DNA from: Planctomycetota bacterium | GTDB taxonomy: Bacteria; Planctomycetota; JAJSAM01; JAJVHW01 | Direction: 5' to 3' | Length of the DNA stretch: 40,299 nucleotides | NCBI GenBank assembly: GCA_021414065.1 | Contig: JAIOPE010000161.1 | Location: 1-40,299, forward strand | In this document: positions 1 through 5,506 of the stretch, in pieces | Numbering within the stretch: position 1 is the stretch's first letter | Layout of the letters: each line of letters begins with the position of its first letter | Notes under the pieces: generated by a model | What the model was told of the DNA's origin: nothing | What the model saw: only the letters and a program-made list of their open reading frames with translations | Databases searched by the model: none | Program-made: the position numbers and the translations under genes

Positions 1-69
1 CGCCGTGAACGCGATCAGCGTCTTCGGCATGGTGTCATCGCGCATGAGAGGGATCTGGTCAGCCAACAT
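1..69 (-). CDS. Partial 5' end of an outward-facing gene (MLADQIPLMRDDTMPKTLIAFTA...), running off the window edge; function unknown
   Basis: ATG at 69 (reverse strand) preceded by GGAGG; identical to the mirror-image partial ORF at 40255..40299; only 23 codons visible. Confidence 0.4.
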   Translation of the reverse strand, partial: MLADQIPLMRDDTMPKTLIAFTA

Positions 70-70
70 C

Positions 71-91
71 TAGACCTCCGTGTTAGGTCTA
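71..91. promoter_or_regulatory. 7-bp stem / 7-nt loop hairpin (tagacct-ccgtgtt-aggtcta) covering the Shine-Dalgarno sequence of the flanking gene; mirror copy at 40233..40253
   Basis: Perfect palindrome read directly from the sequence; GGAGG lies in the 3' arm and the hairpin ends 2 nt before the ATG. Confidence 0.5.
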
Positions 92-139
92 TGTTAGCTT
101 GACCCTCCGACAGGCACCTGAGCGACGTGGAGAGGCCTC

Positions 140-375
140 GCCCGGATCATTCACGAAGCTCCGCGGGAGGACGGCGTGCGTCGCAGGAAGCACAAGCACT
201 TCACGCCGATTCTAGGTACGTTCGCGCCACGACACACTGTCCTGGGCGAGATCCGCGGAGTCGGCCGCAAGGCGGGACCCGCAGCGTCGGCTTTGTCAAG
301 CCACGCAAGGGTCCCGACGCAGCGGACGACCCGCGGGCTCGTCCAGGCGCGGAGCTTCGTGAATGATCCGGGCTA
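140..375 (+). repeat. Copy 1 of a ~235-bp terminal-inverted-repeat-bounded, miniature-transposon-like / structured-RNA-like element (arms gcccggatcattcacgaagctccgcg and its exact complement)
   Basis: The two 26-nt terminal arms are perfectly complementary; the ~100-nt core gagatccgcggagtcggccgcaaggcgggacccgcagcgtcggctttgtcaagccacgcaagggtccc... is shared with the copies at 4632, 37430 and 39951; TA at the right junction (374-375) forms the TAG stop of the 373..810 gene. Confidence 0.85.
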
Positions 376-810
376 GGACCGGACGGTCGCCGAGTCGGCC
401 TCGCCCACGCGCGCGCCGTCAGGCGCGGGCGCGTGGGGAGCGGCCGGGTCGAGGTCCCATCCGAACTTCTCTTTCATCATGCGCATCAGCCAAGGCACAG
501 CGACGCTCAGCGCTGCCTCTCGGATGATCGTGGACCACATCGACTGGGCCGGCGGGGGACTGCCCCTGTTCTGCGTCCCCGACCGGCTCTCGGACTTCCT
601 GGCGATGAACATCTTCACGAGCATGGCGCCGACGATCGCGCCGACGCCCGTGGACGCGACTGGGTTGTCGTGGATCATCTTCCCGAGGCCGAGTGGGTCT
701 CGGGCGTGCTCGGTGAGGCCGTCGGCCGCGCGTCGCCACTTGCGCCGAGCGACCTCTCGTTCCGCTCGGAGCGTCTCCCACTCCCGCTTCCAGTCGGTCT
801 CGTACTTCAC
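373..810 (-). CDS. DUF883/YqjD-like membrane-anchored protein (third gene of a yqjD-yqjE-like operon); GTG start
   Basis: C-terminal DNPVASTGVGAIVGAMLVKMF anchor motif resembles ElaB/YqjD proteins; GTGA start/stop overlap with the upstream gene at 807-810; the stop TAG is formed at the repeat-element junction. Confidence 0.55.
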   Translation of the reverse strand: MKYETDWKREWETLRAEREVARRKWRRAADGLTEHARDPLGLGKMIHDNPVASTGVGAIVGAMLVKMFIARKSESRSGTQNRGSPPPAQSMWSTIIREAALSVAVPWLMRMMKEKFGWDLDPAAPHAPAPDGARVGEADSATVRS

Positions 811-1247
811 GGCGCCTCGTCTCCGGGCGCGTCGCGCCCGTTGCGCAGCATCTCGACGTCGGCGTTGAACTCCGCGAGCGTCGCCGGGAATGCGAGGTCC
901 GGCGAGCTGAGTCGGCCGGTCGCGCGGACGGCGAACGCCACGCCGGTGCCGAGAGTGCCGATGCCGACGATCGCGAACGCCAGCCACTCGTCCATTCCGG
1001 TGACGTGCGCAACCAGAAGCGACACGCCGAAGAGGCTGAGCGTGAGTCCGACCGCGGCAACCAGAAGGGCGGCGACGAGAAGCGCCAGGCGGAGAACCAC
1101 CCGCTGCAGCACCACGCGCCCTTCGGACGCTGCCATCTGGGCAGTGTTGTGGGCCAGGTCCACGCCGGAATCAGCGAGTGCGCGGAGCAGTGCGAAGAAA
1201 CCGCGCTGCTCCGCGCCGGCCAGCTGCGAGGGCTCGGGCCGCTGCAT
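807..1247 (-). CDS. YqjE-like (DUF1469, holin-X-like) inner membrane protein
   Basis: Two hydrophobic helices; genome-typical GC3-rich codon usage; start ATG 5 nt after the upstream TAG; gene order DUF883-DUF1469 as in E. coli yqjD-yqjE. Confidence 0.7.
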   Translation of the reverse strand: MQRPEPSQLAGAEQRGFFALLRALADSGVDLAHNTAQMAASEGRVVLQRVVLRLALLVAALLVAAVGLTLSLFGVSLLVAHVTGMDEWLAFAIVGIGTLGTGVAFAVRATGRLSSPDLAFPATLAEFNADVEMLRNGRDAPGDEAP

Positions 1248-1252
1248 CGCTG

Positions 1253-1471
1253 CTACGACGTACGACGCCCGAGGAGGTACCCGAGGAGGGCGCCGACGCC
1301 GACGGCGACGAGGACCGACTTCACCGGGTTCTCCGAGATGTAGTCACGGGAAACCTCGAACTTCTCCTGCGTGCCGGTGACGACCTTGTCCTTGAGACGC
1401 GTTGCGGCCGCCTCGACCGTGCGAGCGCCTTCGACCAGCGCGCCATCAACTGCTGAAATGCGATCTGCCAT
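1253..1471 (-). CDS. DUF883 (ElaB/YqjD/YgaM) family ribosome-associated membrane protein
   Basis: C-terminal ENPVKSVLVAVGVGALLGYLLGRR anchor typical of DUF883; GAGGTG Shine-Dalgarno upstream of the ATG at 1471. Confidence 0.75.
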   Translation of the reverse strand: MADRISAVDGALVEGARTVEAAATRLKDKVVTGTQEKFEVSRDYISENPVKSVLVAVGVGALLGYLLGRRTS

Positions 1472-1573
1472 ACGACACCTCATTCGTTCGTTCTGTCCAT
1501 CCGACTCGGCGGAGACACTCCGCCGATCCGTGAGCGACTTCGTCTCGCGACGTCGTCCGTTCACCCACGCAGG

Positions 1574-2017
1574 CTATGACTCACCGTGTCTGCGCGCCAT
1601 GGGGTGGAACCCGACCCGGGCCTTTGCTTCGATCTCCGGCGTCGTCATCTTGTCTGCCGTCTCCACGCTGACGACGCACTTCTCGGGCACGGTCTTCTCG
1701 ATGCGCTTGCGCAGCTCGCCCTTCGCCTCTCCGGGTCCGAAGATGGCGATTGTCTGGGCACCTTGGAACGCGGCGATCACCCGGTCGTAGTACACGTCGA
1801 TCTGCGCGTTGAACTTGCGATCTCGGGAGTCGTCGTGCGGCACGTGCACGGCCTCGTGCTTGACGTTCGACCGCACGCCGTCGGTCCTTCCGAGTTGTCG
1901 TTCGACGTCCGACTCGATGATCGTCGTAGCCTCGACGTCGTTGATCAGAGTCACGACGATCGCGCGGCGGTGGTCGATCCACAGCGCCACGCGCTTTCCC
2001 TCTGCCTGATTGGTCAT
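1574..2017 (-). CDS. Conserved hypothetical cytoplasmic protein (147 aa; possibly host-attachment-like or eRF1-like, uncertain)
   Basis: Strong AAGGAG Shine-Dalgarno 7 nt upstream of the ATG at 2017; balanced amino-acid composition unlike the overlapping Arg-rich artefact ORFs. Confidence 0.75.
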   Translation of the reverse strand: MTNQAEGKRVALWIDHRRAIVVTLINDVEATTIIESDVERQLGRTDGVRSNVKHEAVHVPHDDSRDRKFNAQIDVYYDRVIAAFQGAQTIAIFGPGEAKGELRKRIEKTVPEKCVVSVETADKMTTPEIEAKARVGFHPMARRHGES

Positions 2018-2042
2018 CTGTTGCTCCTTCGGTTCACCGCGA

Positions 2043-2213
2043 CTACTTCGTCTTGATCGCTTCGCCGGCTTCCTTCACCTTGTCGCCGGTCTTGTCGAGC
2101 GCGCGGTCGAGCTTCTCGCCGGGCGTGTCGCCGCGGTTGTTGCAGGCGCACAGACCGAGACCGAGGAACGCGGACGTCAGGACGAGCAAGGCGGTCTTCT
2201 TCGTGATGTGCAT
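2043..2213 (-). CDS. Small lipoprotein (56 aa; entericidin/CsbD-like composition)
   Basis: MHITKKTALLVLTSAFLGLGLCAC signal peptide with a lipobox cysteine; GGAGA Shine-Dalgarno; it is the only plausible coding part of the 509-aa six-frame ORF 2043..3572. Confidence 0.65.
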   Translation of the reverse strand: MHITKKTALLVLTSAFLGLGLCACNNRGDTPGEKLDRALDKTGDKVKEAGEAIKTK

Positions 2214-2558
2214 GACGGACTCTCCGGATTGTGGTCCGGGGCCGACACCCGACTCATTCGGGGCCGCTCCCCGGTGCCGAGGGCGCGCCGCCGACGAGTT
2301 CGAACGGCGCCGACTCAGGTTAGACGCAGCCTGCGCCCGGTTGCCATGGGGTCGAACCCTACCTGGCCGCAGCAAGGGAGAGAGCAAGCACGTTCGCGCG
2401 CCGTGCGATCCGCTGGTCCGTCGGAAGTAGGGTTTCGCCCCATTGTTGGAATAGTCCGCCGGACCTAGTGTATGGGGCAGCGGGACCTTCGGCACGCGGG
2501 CATTCGCACTCAGCGGACGACGCACCAGCCGAACGGAGTCCTGCGATAGGAGCGCCAC

Positions 2559-2945
2559 ATGAGACTCTCGATACCAGCCGCACTTGCGGTCTGTCTTTTC
2601 ACGGCCGTCGCGTGCCAGAGCGCCACCGTCCGTGGGCCGCAGGGCCAGTCGGTCACCGCGAACGCACCGGTGTGGATGACGATCCACCGCGGCGAGTCGT
2701 CGCCCCTTGAGATCGGCATCGACCGTACGAAGTTCACGGGGCCGGTCACGGTTTCCATCTTCCAGCTCCCGAAGGGAGTCGAGTCCGACAAGGCGTCGAT
2801 CAAGGCCGAGACCACCAGCGTCACCTTCATCTTGAAGGCCTCGAAGACGGCCGACCTCGTCAGCAACCAGGCGGTCGGCATCACGGTCGAGGATCCGAGC
2901 GGGCGCCAGGCCACCCAGTTCGTCAATCTCACAGTCAACGACTGA
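2559..2945 (+). CDS. Lipoprotein (128 aa), paralog of the next gene
   Basis: Signal peptide with LFTAVAC lipobox; shares LPKGVxSDKASI / LPKGVDVVDSGSKI and overall architecture with the 2985..3392 gene. Confidence 0.75.
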   Translation: MRLSIPAALAVCLFTAVACQSATVRGPQGQSVTANAPVWMTIHRGESSPLEIGIDRTKFTGPVTVSIFQLPKGVESDKASIKAETTSVTFILKASKTADLVSNQAVGITVEDPSGRQATQFVNLTVND

Positions 2946-2984
2946 GCCCGGCTCCGGTCCCAAACAACGAGCAACGAGAACACA

Positions 2985-3392
2985 ATGAACAACAACCTCA
3001 TCGTCGCAGCATTCGCTCTCACGTTCGCAGCGTCCGCCCTTGCCGGATGCTCGAAGAGTTCGACCGTCCAGAGCGCTTCCAACGGCAAGCTGACGCTGGT
3101 CAAGCCGGCCGCCGTGACGATCTATCGCGGCGGGATGACGAAGGCGGCCGTCAAGATCCAGCGCGCGGACCTTCTCGGTGACGTCTCGATCGCGTTCACG
3201 GACCTCCCGAAGGGTGTGGACGTGGTGGACTCCGGCAGCAAGATCGTCGGCGACGAAGGCAGCTACACGCTGCGCGCCGGCGACGACGCGGCTCTCGTCG
3301 AGAACTACTCGGCGACCGTCACCGCCACGACCGGAACCGGAGGCATCGCAGTCTCCGAGCCGATCACCATCAGCGTCAAGGTCAAGCAGTAG
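2985..3392 (+). CDS. Lipoprotein (135 aa), tandem paralog of the 2559..2945 gene
   Basis: Signal peptide MNNNLIVAAFALTFAASALAGC; paralogous core. Confidence 0.75.
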   Translation: MNNNLIVAAFALTFAASALAGCSKSSTVQSASNGKLTLVKPAAVTIYRGGMTKAAVKIQRADLLGDVSIAFTDLPKGVDVVDSGSKIVGDEGSYTLRAGDDAALVENYSATVTATTGTGGIAVSEPITISVKVKQ

Positions 3393-3534
3393 GCGCCCGC
3401 GACCGCAGACAACCATGCGGTCCCGGTCGTCGGTCGTGAGCAGTGGATCGTCGGTGCGCCCCCGTTCGGCGGGTGGACCGACGGTTCGGGTTGAGTGTCG
3501 GGGGTCCGCGCGCGGCTCCGCACCAGGAGTTTCC

Positions 3535-4137
3535 ATGACGATGACGTGCCCCGGATCAGTTGTGAATTTCATCCTCGACGAGGAGCCCCATCTCCACAGC
3601 GTCGCGCGGAGGCTGACTCGATGCGAGTCCGACTCCGACGACCTGGTGCAGGAGACGCTGCTCCGGGCGTATCACGCGCGGGACCGGTTCCAGCCGGGTA
3701 CGTCGGCGCGTGCGTGGACGACGACCATCCTCCGCCGGCTCTTCCTCACCGGCGCGGTGCGTGCGAAGCGCGCCTGGATGCGGACGGACACCGACGCGTG
3801 CGGTCCGCTGGGAGTCTCTGTCGCCCGCGCGCCCGCGCAGGTTGACGCGAACTTCGAGTCGTCGCACGACCGGCCGGCGCCGGACATCCGGACGCTCGGC
3901 GACGGAATGGACGACGTCGTGAAGAACGCGCTGGATCGCGTCCCTGATGTCTATCGCACGACGTTCCTCCTCTCGGTGGTCCGCGGCATGTCGTACGAAG
4001 AGATCGGCCGACAACTCGGTGTGCCGCTCGGCACCGTCATGAGCCGAATCCACCGGGCGCGGGAGCGACTGAAGGGGGACCTCGGTCCGCACCGTCGCGA
4101 ACTCGCCGGGTCGGGCCTGCAGCGTCGCTGCAGTTGA
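3535..4137 (+). CDS. ECF (sigma-70 family) RNA polymerase sigma factor
   Basis: Region 2 (DLVQETLLRAYHARDRFQPGTSARAWTTTILRR) and region 4 (MSYEEIGRQLGVPLGTVMSRIHRARERL) motifs; AGGAG Shine-Dalgarno before the ATG at 3535; the upstream part of ORF 3178..4137 is a low-complexity artefact. Confidence 0.85.
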   Translation: MTMTCPGSVVNFILDEEPHLHSVARRLTRCESDSDDLVQETLLRAYHARDRFQPGTSARAWTTTILRRLFLTGAVRAKRAWMRTDTDACGPLGVSVARAPAQVDANFESSHDRPAPDIRTLGDGMDDVVKNALDRVPDVYRTTFLLSVVRGMSYEEIGRQLGVPLGTVMSRIHRARERLKGDLGPHRRELAGSGLQRRCS

Positions 4138-4184
4138 TCGCCGGGCCGGAAGTCGGCACTCGTCAAACTCGAAGGAGAAACACC

Positions 4185-4337
4185 ATGGGTACGCTGCTCA
4201 TTGTCATCCTCGTCCTGATGCTCCTCGGAGCCATTCCGACGTGGCCGCACAGCAAGAGTTGGGGCTACTACCCGAGCGGGGGCATCGGGCTCGTCCTGGT
4301 CATCCTCGTGGTCCTTGTCCTTGCCGGCCGGATCTGA
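4185..4337 (+). CDS. DUF3309 family small membrane protein
   Basis: MGTLLIVILVLMLLGAIPTWPHSKSWGYYPSGGIGLVLVILVVLVLAGRI matches the DUF3309 pattern; GAAGGAG Shine-Dalgarno. Confidence 0.75.
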   Translation: MGTLLIVILVLMLLGAIPTWPHSKSWGYYPSGGIGLVLVILVVLVLAGRI

Positions 4338-4482
4338 GCGAAGTCGGGGCGCGGATAGGCCCTCTGGCGGATCGGCCATGAAGGGACCTGTGCGTCAGTT
4401 TCACGGCAAGCATGTCGCCGCTCGCCTCGTGGCGGTGAGCAGCGCCTGGAAGTTCCCCGTCGGCCACGGATAGGCGGTTCCC

Positions 4483-4632
4483 ATGCTCGATACCCTGATC
4501 ATCGTCCTCGTCATCATGTGGCTGCTCGGCCTCGTCACGTCCACCACGCTCGGTGGGTTCATCCACGTGCTGCTGGTGATCGCTGTCATCGCCGTGCTGC
4601 TCCGGCTCATTCGCGGCCGAAGGGCGGTCTAG
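4483..4632 (+). CDS. lmo0937-family small membrane protein (49 aa; not in the ORF track)
   Basis: MLDTLIIVLVIMWLLGLVTSTTLGGFIHVLLVIAVIAVLLRLIRGRRAV read from the sequence; the TAG stop at 4630-4632 overlaps the first base of repeat copy 2. Confidence 0.65.
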   Translation: MLDTLIIVLVIMWLLGLVTSTTLGGFIHVLLVIAVIAVLLRLIRGRRAV

Positions 4633-4865
4633 CCCGGACAATGCACGAGGGTTCGCGTGAGAACGGCACGCATCGTAGGAAACAGAAGCACTTCACGCCG
4701 ACTCAAGGCACGTTCGCGTCGCGACACACTGTCCTGGCAGAGATCCGCGGAGTCGGCCGCAAGGCGGGACCCGCAGCGTCGGCTTCGTCAAGCCACGCAA
4801 GGGTCCCAACGCAGCGGACGGCCCGCGGGCTCGGCCAGGCGCGAACCCTCGTGAATTGTCCGGGC
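4632..4865 (+). repeat. Copy 2 of the element bounded by 26-bp terminal inverted repeats
   Basis: Arms gcccggacaatgcacgagggttcgcg and cgcgaaccctcgtgaattgtccgggc are 25/26 complementary to each other, yet differ from copy 1 at 6 arm positions, 5 of them compensated on the partner arm; TA flanks both ends. Confidence 0.85.
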
Positions 4866-5002
4866 TAGATGGGACCGAGCCGAGTCGTCGGAATCGTGCT
4901 CATCGCGGCCGGGGCGTACGTCCTCTTCACGCGCAAGTCCTAGGTAGCCGTCCAAATCACTCACCGCTCGGTTTCCCGCGCGGCCTTCCGGAGGCATCGT
5001 CC

Positions 5003-5161
5003 ATGCAGAAGTTCATCCGTGTTGCAGTCGTCGTCGCAGTCTTGGCGCCCATGCTCCTCGCCATCACCGGGTGCCGCACCAGCGCTCAGAACGGCGCGCT
5101 GATCGGCGCCGGCGCGGGCGCGCTCGGCGGCTACGTGATCGGCAACGAGCGCGACAAGTAG
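5003..5161 (+). CDS. Small glycine-zipper lipoprotein (52 aa)
   Basis: MQKFIRVAVVVAVLAPMLLAITGC lipobox followed by GALIGAGAGALGGYVIG; GGAGG Shine-Dalgarno. Confidence 0.65.
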   Translation: MQKFIRVAVVVAVLAPMLLAITGCRTSAQNGALIGAGAGALGGYVIGNERDK

Positions 5162-5186
5162 TCTCCCGGTCGGCACCGCATTGGTC

Positions 5187-5233
5187 GGCGGGGAGGATCT
5201 GGCAGCCATCCGGGCTGTCCGATCCTCCCCGCC
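5187..5233 (+). terminator. 13-bp perfect stem (extendable to ~21 bp) hairpin after the lipoprotein gene, followed by TCGATTCCCG
   Basis: ggcggggaggatc...gatcctccccgcc lies 26 nt after the stop codon; resembles the hairpin at 14995..15033. Confidence 0.5.
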
Positions 5234-5506
5234 TCGATTCCCGGTTCCTGCGGACGGGGACCGAACAGCGCGCGAACGGGCGTGGATCCAGTATTCTCGG
5301 AGTCGCCGTGTGACTTTCGGGGGTCGCCAGACGTCTTCTTCACGGATGCCGAGGCGGCTCTTCGTGCGCGGCGGCGATCGTCTGGCGTTCCAGCCGGAGT
5401 CGGCGACGTTGTCGCCGGCCCAGTTGTCCGTGTCCGGAATTCGAGCCGTGCGTCGCCCACGACATGCGACGTGGACCGACAAGCCCCTTCCGCGGAGCCC
5501 ATCATC

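Noticed and set aside
127-376. Peptide ORFs inside the repeat elements (127..366, 176..376, 4518..4868, 37499..37849, 39827..40177, 39948..40148)
   Set aside because: The apparent peptide conservation just reflects near-identical DNA. Differences between copies are not synonymous-biased. The ORFs exist on both strands, which is consistent with non-coding repeat DNA.
2340-2365. tRNA-like GGGTCGAACCC (T-loop-like) motif
   Set aside because: No acceptor/D/anticodon cloverleaf can be built around it. Better explained as one half of a spaced inverted repeat.
3178-3534. N-terminal 119-codon extension of ORF 3178..4137
   Set aside because: Ser/Arg/Pro low-complexity. The real ECF sigma begins at ATG 3535 with an AGGAG Shine-Dalgarno sequence.
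2214-3572. Upstream ~450 codons of the 509-aa ORF 2043..3572
   Set aside because: Only the last 56 codons (small lipoprotein with Shine-Dalgarno) look coding. The rest is antisense to two lipoprotein genes with clear signal peptides.
4378-4473. 31-codon ORF (MKGPVRQFHGKHVAARLVAVSSAWKFPVGHG) upstream of the lmo0937-like gene
   Set aside because: Weak Shine-Dalgarno, poor GC3 bias and no recognisable features; could be a leader peptide but unsupported.
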